Below are positions 9,208 through 18,725 of a DNA stretch of 59,793 nt, piece by piece. This DNA comes from Fidelibacterota bacterium (GTDB lineage Bacteria > Fidelibacterota > Marinisomatia > Marinisomatales > UBA1611), in contig JABHKE010000075.1 in NCBI GenBank assembly GCA_018692355.1, forward strand, positions 1 to 59,793, in the 5' to 3' direction. Made by a program: the position numbers and the translations under genes. The number at the start of each line of letters is the position of its first letter. Positions within the stretch are counted from its first letter, which is position 1. A model generated the notes under the pieces. It searched no databases. It was not told the origin of the DNA and was given only the letters and a program-made list of their open reading frames with translations.

Positions 9208-10488
9208 ATGGGCCCCATGGACCTTTATTTTGACGTAAGAGATATTTTTCGTGCACCACGCCTTGCTTTAAGCGGAAAGAAGATCTGGATTTTTATGGTA
9301 GGTAATTTGGGTGGATTTATCCTGTATTGGGTCTTTTCTTACCTTTCCTTAGCCATGGCTGGTGTTTCTTTTTCTGATGCCATCAACCAATACGGGCTTT
9401 ACCCTTGCCTTTTTGGCAATGAAGCAGGATGGATTGCCTGGATAACTTATTTTATCGGTATAGAAGCTTGGATTCTTGCTATTTATTTAGCATGCACTGC
9501 GGTGACTCGCGTCACGTTAAAACAATTGAAAGGAAATGATTTCTTTTCTGCAGGTGATGCGTGGAAATATGTTTGTAAACACTGGCACCCAGTAGTTTTT
9601 GCTCCCATATCAATTGTTTTGATTATAGTATTTTTTATGGTCTTTGCAGGCATATTTGCTTTCATGGGTAAAATCCCTTACTTGGGTGAATTCATATTTG
9701 CATTTCCCTACATCTTCTATTTCTTTGGATCAGTATTTACAATCTATACTGCATTTGTCCTTTTAGTTTCGCTTCATTACACGCCAGCTATCGTTGGTAC
9801 TTATGAAGAAGATACCATGGGTACGGTTTTTCAATCCTATTCAATTACCTGGTCTCAACCCTGGCGAGTTATCGCTTATCATATTGTCCTTATCCCCTTG
9901 TTACAAATCAGTGTTTATTTATTTAGCTGGGCCTGGAAAGCAGGATTCGACCTCATTAATTACGTTTTTGGATGTAATTGGTTTATGGGTGCAAAACTTT
10001 CAGGTATGGTGAACTACGCCACATCTTTGGTTTGCCCTGGCTGGCTCTGCTCCTTTTTTGCAGAATGTATTGGATGTTTGACGGGATGCTTTAACATTTG
10101 TTTTCAAGGTTGTCTGTCCTTTTTATCCTGCAGCGTTCCTGCAACCAGCGGGCCTCTTTCCGGTTCGGAAACGGTGGCAGGCGTTCTTCTTGCTATCTCT
10201 ATTTTTCTAGTTGGACTCTCAATTTTATCCTATGGATTATCAATTATTTCCGTTGGTGAAACATTGATGTTTATTATTTTTAAGAAAAAATCAGATGATG
10301 ATGACCTCCTTCAAAGAAAAGATGAAGATGAATTGGAAGAAGATATGGATGATGAATATAATTTCGATGACGAGGACAACGAAGTGGAAAGTGATAATTC
10401 TGAAGGCGGGTTAGAAGATGATAACGCTGAAGATGAAAGTCCATCGGATGATATCAATTCCGGTGATGATAGTGATCCTGAAGAATAA
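9208..10488 (+). CDS. Polytopic membrane protein of unknown family with a Cys-rich segment and a poly-acidic C-terminal tail
   Basis: The 426-aa protein has about 7-8 hydrophobic helices by eye. Eight Cys fall within residues 276-308 (CPGWLCSFFAECIGCLTGCFNICFQGCLSFLSC). The last 65 residues are D/E-rich. An AGGAG SD precedes the ATG. I recognise no family motif. Confidence 0.5.
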   Translation: MGPMDLYFDVRDIFRAPRLALSGKKIWIFMVGNLGGFILYWVFSYLSLAMAGVSFSDAINQYGLYPCLFGNEAGWIAWITYFIGIEAWILAIYLACTAVTRVTLKQLKGNDFFSAGDAWKYVCKHWHPVVFAPISIVLIIVFFMVFAGIFAFMGKIPYLGEFIFAFPYIFYFFGSVFTIYTAFVLLVSLHYTPAIVGTYEEDTMGTVFQSYSITWSQPWRVIAYHIVLIPLLQISVYLFSWAWKAGFDLINYVFGCNWFMGAKLSGMVNYATSLVCPGWLCSFFAECIGCLTGCFNICFQGCLSFLSCSVPATSGPLSGSETVAGVLLAISIFLVGLSILSYGLSIISVGETLMFIIFKKKSDDDDLLQRKDEDELEEDMDDEYNFDDEDNEVESDNSEGGLEDDNAEDESPSDDINSGDDSDPEE

Positions 10489-10580
10489 AATGCCTGGGTT
10501 TCTTTCCAAATAGTCTTAAACCATATTCACCTTTCAACCTTGGATAAATTCCAAGAAAAAGGTAATTTTGCTGGCTGTAA

Positions 10581-11072
10581 ATGAAGCTATTACGATCGGA
10601 ATTAAAATCCGAGTTTAATAAAAAGCTTTTTGACATGTCCGCTAGGGAATTGCCTGACCGTGGAACGATTTTTCATGATGATCAAATAACTTGTGAATTA
10701 TCTGCCAAAATCGTCCAATTTGGGTTTCAATTATCCGGAGTTATAAAAACGATTACCAACTATCAATGTGTACGTTGCTTATGCTACAATTCAAAGGAAC
10801 TTGCACTTCCAATCAAATTATGGCTCTCATCGAAAGAAATACTTACTGGAGATGATTATCAGGATATGGTTCATTTTCCAAAAAACATAGATCATATTAA
10901 TATGAATGATACGATTTCAGATATTATTTATTTAGCAGAGCCAATGAACCCTAATTGTAATGATAATTGTAAAGGTCTTTGCCCTAATTGCGGAATAAAT
11001 TTGAACCAAAGTTCTTGTGATTGTAAACTCGATAGTCACGACAGTCCTTGGGATGTTTTAAACAATTTTTAA
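10581..11072 (+). CDS. yceD: YceD/DUF177 family protein (23S rRNA accumulation protein)
   Basis: It sits in the conserved position immediately upstream of rpmF-plsX. It has the C-terminal Cys cluster CNDNCKGLCPNCGINLNQSSCDC typical of DUF177. Confidence 0.75.
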   Translation: MKLLRSELKSEFNKKLFDMSARELPDRGTIFHDDQITCELSAKIVQFGFQLSGVIKTITNYQCVRCLCYNSKELALPIKLWLSSKEILTGDDYQDMVHFPKNIDHINMNDTISDIIYLAEPMNPNCNDNCKGLCPNCGINLNQSSCDCKLDSHDSPWDVLNNF

Positions 11073-11096
11073 CCAGATTAGATTTGAGGAGATTTC

Positions 11097-11273
11097 ATGG
11101 CACTGCCAAAGAAACGTCAATCAAAAGCACGTTCGAGAAAACGTCGGACCCATTATAAGTCAAGCGCTATTGCTACAACAGGTTGTCCACAATGCAGTCA
11201 AACAAAAATGCCGCATAGAGCATGTCCAAATTGTGGATACTATCGTGGTCGTCCGGTTGTTTCTGCTTCCTAA
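11097..11273 (+). CDS. rpmF: 50S ribosomal protein L32
   Basis: Hand-translated, since 58 aa is below the ORF-track cutoff: MALPKKRQSKARSRKRRTHYKSSAIATTGCPQCSQTKMPHRACPNCGYYRGRPVVSAS. A GGAG SD lies 7 nt upstream. The protein has a CxxC...CxxC zinc ribbon and sits in the canonical yceD-rpmF-plsX position. Confidence 0.92.
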   Translation: MALPKKRQSKARSRKRRTHYKSSAIATTGCPQCSQTKMPHRACPNCGYYRGRPVVSAS

Positions 11274-11289
11274 TTAATTCCCTATATAA

Positions 11290-12285
11290 ATGAAATTTGC
11301 CCTTGATGCCATGGGAGGGGATTTCGCACCCCACGCGGTCGTGCAAGGTGCATTGGATGCTATTGATAAATCATCCAAACCCCCAAGTCTAATCCTTTTG
11401 GGAGACGAAACTGCAATTCGAACCGAAATGGCAGGTCGTGAGGTGGAAACGATTGAGATTGTCCACACTGATGAAGTGGTCAACATGGATGATAAGGGTT
11501 CTAAAGTATTGAAAATGAAACCAAATTCATCTTTAGTTCGTGGAATTCAAATGGTAAAAAATGGTCAAGCTGATGGTTTTATTAGTGCAGGCCATACTGG
11601 TGCAATATTATCAACAACCCTATTATCGTTAGGAAGAATTCCAGGTGTAAGACGGCCAGCTCTAGCAGCTTATTTCCCAACCGAAAAACGTGGTAAAGTT
11701 TTATGTGATGTGGGTGCAAATCCAGATGCAAAACCAGAACATTTAGTTCAATTTGCCTTGATGGCCTCCCATTATTACGATCATGTTGAGGGCTTTGCAG
11801 CACCAAAAATTGGATTAATTAATATTGGAGAAGAACCAAATAAAGGATCTGATCTTTATGTAGAAACGCACAAATTATTATCCGAAATACCTAATTTTGT
11901 TGGAAATATTGAAGGCCGTCATTTGCTCACATCCGAAGCTGATGTATTGATCTGTGACGGATTTGTTGGAAATACATTATTAAAATTCGCAGAATCTTGG
12001 ATCACATTTTTTTCGGATGAAATCAAGGATAAGGTCAATGAAAAATTATCTTATAAGATTGGTGCAGAATTGATGAAGCCCATTTTTGATGATCTAAAAG
12101 CCAAATATGATTATGAAGAACATGGGGGTACACCCCTTTTAGGCGTTAATGGAATATCAATCGTATGCCACGGGAGTTCCGGCCCACGATCTATTATGAA
12201 TTCGATTTTTCTTGGACAAAAATGTATCCTAAATAATTTGATTGAAGACACAAAAAAAAGTCTAGCTATACATTTTGGACATTAA
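11290..12285 (+). CDS. plsX: Phosphate acyltransferase PlsX
   Basis: N-terminus MKFALDAMGGDFAP, plus GFISAGHTGA. 331 aa, in the fab-cluster context. Confidence 0.92.
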   Translation: MKFALDAMGGDFAPHAVVQGALDAIDKSSKPPSLILLGDETAIRTEMAGREVETIEIVHTDEVVNMDDKGSKVLKMKPNSSLVRGIQMVKNGQADGFISAGHTGAILSTTLLSLGRIPGVRRPALAAYFPTEKRGKVLCDVGANPDAKPEHLVQFALMASHYYDHVEGFAAPKIGLINIGEEPNKGSDLYVETHKLLSEIPNFVGNIEGRHLLTSEADVLICDGFVGNTLLKFAESWITFFSDEIKDKVNEKLSYKIGAELMKPIFDDLKAKYDYEEHGGTPLLGVNGISIVCHGSSGPRSIMNSIFLGQKCILNNLIEDTKKSLAIHFGH

Positions 12286-12286
12286 G

Positions 12287-13273
12287 TTGAACGCTAAGAT
12301 CACATCGACAGCACATTATGTACCTGAAAGGGTTATGACAAATTTTGAATTGGAAAAATTGGTTGAAACATCTGATGAATGGATCCGAACAAGGACTGGA
12401 ATTTCTCAGCGCCATATTGCCGCCGAGAATGAAGCGTCATCTGACCTATCTACTCGAGTCGCAGAACAATTATTGAAAAAACGCGGGATTAGCGCAGAAG
12501 AAATAGATATAATTATTGTGGCAACTGTTACACCGGATCACTTTGCCCCATCCACAGCTGCATTGGTTCAAAATAATATTGGTGCATCAAACGCCTGGGG
12601 ATTTGACTTGAGTGGTGCTTGTACCGGATATCTTTATGGCCTAGAAACCGGGAGCAAATTCATTTCTTGCGGTAAATATAATAAGGTGATGGTAATTGGA
12701 GTAGATACTATGTCTTCAATCCTAGATTTTACAGATCGAGACACCTGTGTGCTTTTTGGTGATGGTGCTGGTGGCGCTATCCTGGAACCCACCGAAACCG
12801 GTGCCGGTATTTTAGATTCGATTCTTCATATGGATGGTGCTGGTGGTGGTTTACTTCATGTACCTGGTGGGGGAAGCCGGATGCCCGCAACCATTGAATC
12901 TGTAAATGCAAAACAACATTATATAATGCAGGATGGGAAAAAGGTGTTCAAATTTGCTGTAAAGGGTATGGCTGATGTATCTGAAAAAATTATGGCTCAA
13001 AATAATTTAACAGGTGATAATATTTCCGTATTTATTCCACACCAGGCCAATAAACGAATCATTGATGCAGCAGCAAAACGATGCAATATTTCCGATAATA
13101 AAGTATTGATCAATATTGATCGCTTTGGAAATACAACAGCTGGAACCATTCCTATTGCTATGAACGAAGCTATTGAAACTGGGCGAATTAAAGATGGTGA
13201 TACCATTCTTCTAGCCGCATTTGGGGCAGGGTTTACTTGGGGTAGTATGCTATTAAAATGGGAAGGACCTTGA
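12287..13273 (+). CDS. fabH: 3-oxoacyl-ACP synthase III
   Basis: Active-site motifs GACTGYLYGL (Cys), IPHQANKRI (His) and GNTTAGTIP (Asn). The track ORF starts at TTG 12275, inside plsX. TTG 12287 gives (M)NAKITSTAHYVPERV, which matches the usual FabH N-terminal spacing. The start is uncertain by 12 nt. Confidence 0.88.
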   Translation: MNAKITSTAHYVPERVMTNFELEKLVETSDEWIRTRTGISQRHIAAENEASSDLSTRVAEQLLKKRGISAEEIDIIIVATVTPDHFAPSTAALVQNNIGASNAWGFDLSGACTGYLYGLETGSKFISCGKYNKVMVIGVDTMSSILDFTDRDTCVLFGDGAGGAILEPTETGAGILDSILHMDGAGGGLLHVPGGGSRMPATIESVNAKQHYIMQDGKKVFKFAVKGMADVSEKIMAQNNLTGDNISVFIPHQANKRIIDAAAKRCNISDNKVLINIDRFGNTTAGTIPIAMNEAIETGRIKDGDTILLAAFGAGFTWGSMLLKWEGP

Positions 13274-14194
13274 ATGAAATCTGCCTGGCTATTCCCTGGA
13301 CAAGCATCCCAATATGTTGGGATGGGAAAAGATATTTTTGATCATACTGATTTAGGGAAACACTATTTTGAGTGCGCCAATGACGTCATGGAATGTGATA
13401 TTCAATCCATTATTTTATACGGACCAAAAGAAAAATTGAAACAGACACAATATACTCAACCTGCTATTTATATTGTTTCAGTTATACTAGGCGAATTATT
13501 AAAAGCAAAAGGCTTTTCTCCAAATGCTGTTGCCGGACATAGTTTGGGGGAATATTCTTCATTATCTGTAGCCAATGCTTTTGATTTTGAAACAGGCTTA
13601 TCTCTCGTGAAAATCCGTGCCGAAAATATGGCAAAGGCTGGAGCTGCTCAAGAAGGGGCCATGGCAGCTATCATTGGTTTAGAAGATAAAACAGTATCTG
13701 AACTATGTTCTGATTATTCTGGAAATGGTGTTGTAGTGGCTGCAAATTATAATTCACCAGGACAAGTGGTAATCTCCGGTTCCCCAGAAGCAGTGAAATC
13801 TGTAATGGATTCCGCAAAGGTATCAGGGGCAAGGATGACAGTCCAATTAAACGTAAGTGGGGCCTTCCACTCTCCGCTCATGGCACCTGCAAGAGAAGCA
13901 CTTGCCGATTCACTTGATTCTTTCGAAATTTCGGACTCACTTTTTCCTATTATTACAAATGTTGATGCCGAACCGATAACAAAAGGACACGAAATTAAAG
14001 ATTCACTCATTAGACAGTTAGAAAACCCTGTTCTCTGGTCAAAATCTATTCTTTCTATGAAAGATTTTGGAATTCAGTCTTTCACTGAAGTGGGACCCGG
14101 AAAAATTCTTCAAGGACTCAATAAGCGTATAGATCGCAAAATAGCTACACAAGGTGTAGAATCTTTAGAACAAGTAGAACATTTCAATGTTTAG
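13274..14194 (+). CDS. fabD: Malonyl-CoA:ACP transacylase
   Basis: Motifs FPGQASQYVGMG and the nucleophile motif GHSLGEYS. Confidence 0.93.
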   Translation: MKSAWLFPGQASQYVGMGKDIFDHTDLGKHYFECANDVMECDIQSIILYGPKEKLKQTQYTQPAIYIVSVILGELLKAKGFSPNAVAGHSLGEYSSLSVANAFDFETGLSLVKIRAENMAKAGAAQEGAMAAIIGLEDKTVSELCSDYSGNGVVVAANYNSPGQVVISGSPEAVKSVMDSAKVSGARMTVQLNVSGAFHSPLMAPAREALADSLDSFEISDSLFPIITNVDAEPITKGHEIKDSLIRQLENPVLWSKSILSMKDFGIQSFTEVGPGKILQGLNKRIDRKIATQGVESLEQVEHFNV

Positions 14195-14933
14195 TTTAGC
14201 GAATAAAGTTGCCATTATTACAGGAGCATCTCGAGGAATTGGAAAAGTAATTGCTGAAGTTTTTGCAAATGCTGATGCGCATGTTGTATGTGTGGCTCGT
14301 ACCGAAGATGCTATCAAATCACTTTCGGACGAAATTAATGCAACCGGCGGATCAGCTTCATTTCAATCCTGTGATATCGGTGATGGTGAAGCATTCTCTT
14401 CTTTAATTTCAGAAATTGCAAAAGAGCAAGGTAAATTGGATATTTTAGTAAATAATGCCGGTGTTACGCAGGATAATCTTTTAATGAGAATGAAGGAAGA
14501 TCAATGGGATACTGTATTAAATATTAATTTGAAAGGTGCCTTTCATGGTATGAAGGCTGCTATCCGACCCATGATGAAAAATCGGCATGGTCGTATAATC
14601 AATATCGCATCTATTGTTGGAATAACCGGGAATCCCGGACAGGCCAATTATGCCGCATCCAAGGCAGGACTAATCGGTATGTCTAAATCCGTTGCCAAAG
14701 AAGTTGCAACACGTGGAATTACTGTGAATTGTATTGCCCCCGGCTGGATTGGAACTGATATGACAGACGAATTGTCTGATGAAGTGAAAGAAGAATTTTT
14801 AAGCAGGATTCCTGCTAACCGGATCGGATCACCGGAAGATATCGCCCATGCAGCACTTTTCCTGGCATCCGACGAGGCAAGTTACATTACTGGTCAAACT
14901 ATCACTGTTGATGGTGGCCGTATCATCAATTAA
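14187..14933 (+). CDS. fabG: 3-oxoacyl-ACP reductase
   Basis: SDR motifs [13 protein letters not shown] and YAASKAG. 248 aa, in the fab-cluster position. Confidence 0.92.
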   Translation: MFSLANKVAIITGASRGIGKVIAEVFANADAHVVCVARTEDAIKSLSDEINATGGSASFQSCDIGDGEAFSSLISEIAKEQGKLDILVNNAGVTQDNLLMRMKEDQWDTVLNINLKGAFHGMKAAIRPMMKNRHGRIINIASIVGITGNPGQANYAASKAGLIGMSKSVAKEVATRGITVNCIAPGWIGTDMTDELSDEVKEEFLSRIPANRIGSPEDIAHAALFLASDEASYITGQTITVDGGRIIN

Positions 14934-14946
14934 CCAAGGAGACAAT

Positions 14947-15177
14947 ATGTCCACATTTAACAAAGTAAAAGAAGTCATCATCGATAAACTCGGTGTTGAA
15001 GAAGACGCAATCAAATTGGAGGCTCATTTCGTAGATGACCTCGGTGCTGATTCACTCGATACCGTAGAATTGATTATGGAACTGGAAGAAGAGTTCGGTA
15101 TAGAAATTCCAGATGAAGATGCAGAAAATATCACGACTGTTGGGGCAGCGGTTGATTATGTAGAGAAAGTCAAATAA
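14947..15177 (+). CDS. acpP: Acyl carrier protein
   Basis: [10 protein letters not shown]...[12 protein letters not shown] carries the phosphopantetheine Ser. An AAGGAG SD precedes ATG 14947. The track ORF 14848..15177 is a spurious 5' extension into fabG. Confidence 0.95.
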   Translation: MSTFNKVKEVIIDKLGVEEDAIKLEAHFVDDLGADSLDTVELIMELEEEFGIEIPDEDAENITTVGAAVDYVEKVK

Positions 15178-15191
15178 ACGGAATTAACCAA

Positions 15192-16433
15192 ATGACCCGA
15201 GAAAAAATAGTTATTACAGGTTTGGGTGTTCTCGCACCCAATGGAAATAACGTTGATGAATATTGGGCAGCCTGTACTGCAGGGAAAAGCGGTATTAGTC
15301 GCATCACATATTTTGATTCATCTGAACATCGAGTTAGTATCGCAGGAGAGTTATCGGATTTCCAACCGGAGATGGTTTTAGATCCAAAAGAAATTCGAAA
15401 ACTTGATCCATTTTCTATTTATGCATTAGTAGCTACTGACGAAGCTGTAAAAATGGCTAAGATTGATCCAGAGAAATTAGATATGGATCGTGTTGGTGTT
15501 ACAATTGGTACCGGTGTGGGTGGAATCCAAACGCTAGAAGAACAACATTCAGTTATAGAAAATAAAAGCGCACGTCGAGTATCTCCCCATTTTGTTCCTA
15601 AGATGATTGCTAATATTGCTGGTGGACATTTGTCCATTCGGTGGGGATTCAGAGGACCAAATCAAACAGTCACCTCTGCATGTGCCTCTGCGACCGATGC
15701 AATTGGAATGGCTATGAGACTGATTATTGCGGGAGATGCTGATATGATGATCTGTGGAGGTACTGAAGCCAGTGTGACCCCATTGACTATTGCAGGGTTT
15801 GCTAATATGCGCGCATTATCACAATCATGTGATGAACCTACTAAAGCCAGCCGACCTTTCGAGAAAGACCGTAATGGATTTGTATTGGGTGAAGGTGCTG
15901 GGATTTTGGTTATCGAGACTGAAAGTCATGCAAAAAACAGAGGAGCAACAATTCTAGCTGAACTAGCGGGGTACGGCTCAACTGATGATGCTTTTCATGT
16001 AACTCAACCAGCCATGGGCGGTACTGGTGCTCTAAAAGCAATGGAACGAGCAATCATAGATGCTGGATTACAGATCACAGACATTGATTACATCAATGCT
16101 CATGGCACATCTACTCCATTTAATGATCGGAATGAATCTGCTGCAATTTCAACCCTTTTTGGTGATCACTGTAATAAACTCAAGGTAAGTTCCACAAAAT
16201 CTATGACCGGGCACCTTTTAGGAGCTGCTGGCGGGATTGAAGCTGTTGCTGCCGTAAAAACAATCCAAGATCAACTCTTACCTCCAACGATAAATTACGA
16301 TACACCTGACCCAGACTGCACATTAGACTATGTACCCAATAAAGCACAAGCCCATACGGTAAATGCTGTCCTATCCAATACCTTTGGTTTTGGTGGACAT
16401 AATGCGGTGATCTGTGTTCGGAAATACGATTGA
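15192..16433 (+). CDS. fabF: 3-oxoacyl-ACP synthase II
   Basis: Motifs TSACASATDA (Cys), INAHGTSTP (His) and GFGGHN. 413 aa. Confidence 0.93.
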   Translation: MTREKIVITGLGVLAPNGNNVDEYWAACTAGKSGISRITYFDSSEHRVSIAGELSDFQPEMVLDPKEIRKLDPFSIYALVATDEAVKMAKIDPEKLDMDRVGVTIGTGVGGIQTLEEQHSVIENKSARRVSPHFVPKMIANIAGGHLSIRWGFRGPNQTVTSACASATDAIGMAMRLIIAGDADMMICGGTEASVTPLTIAGFANMRALSQSCDEPTKASRPFEKDRNGFVLGEGAGILVIETESHAKNRGATILAELAGYGSTDDAFHVTQPAMGGTGALKAMERAIIDAGLQITDIDYINAHGTSTPFNDRNESAAISTLFGDHCNKLKVSSTKSMTGHLLGAAGGIEAVAAVKTIQDQLLPPTINYDTPDPDCTLDYVPNKAQAHTVNAVLSNTFGFGGHNAVICVRKYD

Positions 16434-17146
16434 ATTTATTTGTAAAACTTAAACAATTTTTTCTCGATAGAAGCAGTTCTGTCTACCCCGTTGAAAAAAA
16501 AATAAACTATATTTTTTATAATAAGGATTATCTTAACCAAGCCTTTACTCACAAATCACTTGATACGAGCCCAAGGAGTAATTACGAACGATTGGAATTT
16601 CTTGGCGATGCCGTTATAGATATAATTGTAAGTCGGGAACTTATGCGAGAATTTCCGGAAGGTGATGAAGGTTTACTTACCCAACGCCGTGCGTCCTTAG
16701 TTCAAAAACCTTTTTTAGCACAAATTGGTCAATTATTGGATCTAATGGATCATCTAAAGATTGAATCCAGCGTGGATTTGGAAATTGAAAAGATTGCTGA
16801 AAAACAAATGGCAAATATTTTTGAATCATTAATTGGAGCAATGTATTTAGATGGTGGAATTGAACCCTGCCGACGACTTATCTTAGATACAATTTGGGCG
16901 CATAAGGAGGAAGCATGGAAATCAACCAATTATAAAGGGAAACTCATTGAGTATTGCCACTCCAAGGAAATTGATAATCCTGTATTTCTCATCAAGGATA
17001 TTACAGGACCGGATCATTACAAAACATTTGAGATCCAAGTTAAAATTGGATCCAAGGTCTTTGCTTCCGGATTGGGTACAAACAAAAAAACCGCAGAACA
17101 AATTGCGGCTCAAATGGCTTTAGAGGAGATGGGTGCTCCTATTTAA
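16430..17146 (+). CDS. rnc: Ribonuclease III
   Basis: It has the signature ERLEFLGDAV, a second catalytic region ESLIGAMYLDGG and a C-terminal dsRBD (GTNKKTAEQIAAQMAL). The only available start is TTG 16430, which overlaps the fabF stop. Confidence 0.88.
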   Translation: MNLFVKLKQFFLDRSSSVYPVEKKINYIFYNKDYLNQAFTHKSLDTSPRSNYERLEFLGDAVIDIIVSRELMREFPEGDEGLLTQRRASLVQKPFLAQIGQLLDLMDHLKIESSVDLEIEKIAEKQMANIFESLIGAMYLDGGIEPCRRLILDTIWAHKEEAWKSTNYKGKLIEYCHSKEIDNPVFLIKDITGPDHYKTFEIQVKIGSKVFASGLGTNKKTAEQIAAQMALEEMGAPI

Positions 17147-17688
17147 GGTTCTAGGCTACTGATCTTATCTCGCAGTTTTGCTGCAAATTCATATTCTTCT
17201 TCTTCTACTGCCTCTTTCAATTTTTCTTTCAAAGCTTCTAAAGAATATTCTGGTTTTTTTCTAGGTTTTTTGGTGTCTTTCAACATGTCTTCTTTTACTC
17301 CTGCATCCTTCAATACGCGGGGTGCAACTAAAATCGGTGCCTTCATTCGAAGTGCAACTGCGATAGCATCACTGGGACGTGCGTCAATTATTCGATTCCC
17401 AATAATATCTGATTCCAATTCCATTTGCGCATAAAAAACACCATCCGTCAAATGGCTTACTCTGACTGTTTTCAATAATCCATCTATACCGGTAATAACA
17501 TCACAGATTAAATCATGAGTCAAGGGACGAGGCGTCTCAACCACTTCAATTGCGAGGGCTATGGATTGGGCTTCATATGAGCCTACAATAACAGGGAGGC
17601 AAATTTCACCAGAAATTTCCTTCAAAATCACAGCATAACTTCTGCTTTCCGGATGGTATGAAATCTTAAGTACTTTTACAGGAATCAT
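17143..17688 (-). CDS. Bifunctional nuclease (DUF151/BFN) family protein with a C-terminal UVR motif
   Basis: The N-terminal 130 aa look like DUF151 (PVIVGSYEAQSIA...HDL...ARPSDAIAVALR). The C-terminal EEEEYEFAAKLRDKISSLE resembles the UvrB/UvrC interaction motif. Confidence 0.7.
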   Translation of the reverse strand: MIPVKVLKISYHPESRSYAVILKEISGEICLPVIVGSYEAQSIALAIEVVETPRPLTHDLICDVITGIDGLLKTVRVSHLTDGVFYAQMELESDIIGNRIIDARPSDAIAVALRMKAPILVAPRVLKDAGVKEDMLKDTKKPRKKPEYSLEALKEKLKEAVEEEEYEFAAKLRDKISSLEP

Positions 17689-18725
17689 GGTCTTTTCGAT
17701 AATTCTTCCTTAAGTCTTGAAATTTTCTTCACAGGACTTGGATCAGTCCCATGGAGAATTGCACACCAATAACTTAACCAATCTCCATAGTAAATCATAT
17801 GAAGAAATCGTTCTTGAAATGAATTTCCTGTCATTTCTAAAACATACTGGTCCACCCCCACTTCATTCAGAATATCCTGGGTAATTTTCTCGCGATATTT
17901 TACTCTGGCATTATCGTCGGCATCCGTAAGCCAAAGGACAAATAATTTTTCAAAAATGTCAGGATTATTTTCCCATCCCACGATTTCATTATGATTGAAT
18001 TCAGGAAGTTCATTATGATAAGCGAGCATTTTACCATTTTCACAAATTTGTCCCTTCAACCGAAGAGCAGCCACTCCCAAAGTTGAATTGTCTGCATAAA
18101 TTACTGGAATTTTATCATATACCTGTTGAGCCAATTCATAGACTGGATTTTTTTCATTTCCCAGACTGTAGATTTCCCGAGCACGATTGATGGCGCCAAT
18201 TGAACTGTCTATCCAATTGTCGAAACTCAAAGTTAAAACACCCGCTTCTTCCAAGCATTTTGCCATAGGAACAAACGAGAAAGCAAGGGCAGCACGTGGC
18301 TGAAGTCCAGGTGGAATCAATACTACATCTTTATCCAATTCTTTTAGTTTGTTGGCGATTCTTCCGCCTGTGGTTATACCACAAATCTGTGCATTTTTTA
18401 TTACCGCATCATCTAATGCTGAAAGTGTTTCTTCTGTGTTTCCGGAATAGGATGAACAAACAACCAATGTATTTTGATTCACCCAATTTGGGAGTGAATA
18501 TCCTCGACAAACAACAAAAGGTACATTCAAATTATCTTTTTCCAAAACAGACACAACATCACCACCAATGGCAGATCCCCCCATTCCTGCAACAACAACA
18601 TTCCGGATATTAGTATAGGAATGTTTCATTGAAATTTCATTCCCCAAATTCATAGCATCGGCAAGATTGTCCGGAAAATCCCAAATGGATCCAAACATAT
18701 TTTCAGGGTCATATCTATCAGACAT
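17685..18725 (-). CDS. Bifunctional phosphoglucose/phosphomannose isomerase (SIS-domain PGI/PMI family)
   Basis: It has the SIS motif GMGGSAIGGD and SYSGNTEET. The 346 aa length is typical of the small PGI/PMI family. Confidence 0.7.
   Translation of the reverse strand: MSDRYDPENMFGSIWDFPDNLADAMNLGNEISMKHSYTNIRNVVVAGMGGSAIGGDVVSVLEKDNLNVPFVVCRGYSLPNWVNQNTLVVCSSYSGNTEETLSALDDAVIKNAQICGITTGGRIANKLKELDKDVVLIPPGLQPRAALAFSFVPMAKCLEEAGVLTLSFDNWIDSSIGAINRAREIYSLGNEKNPVYELAQQVYDKIPVIYADNSTLGVAALRLKGQICENGKMLAYHNELPEFNHNEIVGWENNPDIFEKLFVLWLTDADDNARVKYREKITQDILNEVGVDQYVLEMTGNSFQERFLHMIYYGDWLSYWCAILHGTDPSPVKKISRLKEELSKRP

Noticed and set aside
14848-14946. 5' extension of the acpP ORF in the track
   Set aside because: The extension overlaps the fabG 3' end in another frame. 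The AAGGAG SD and the canonical ACP N-terminus start at ATG 14947.
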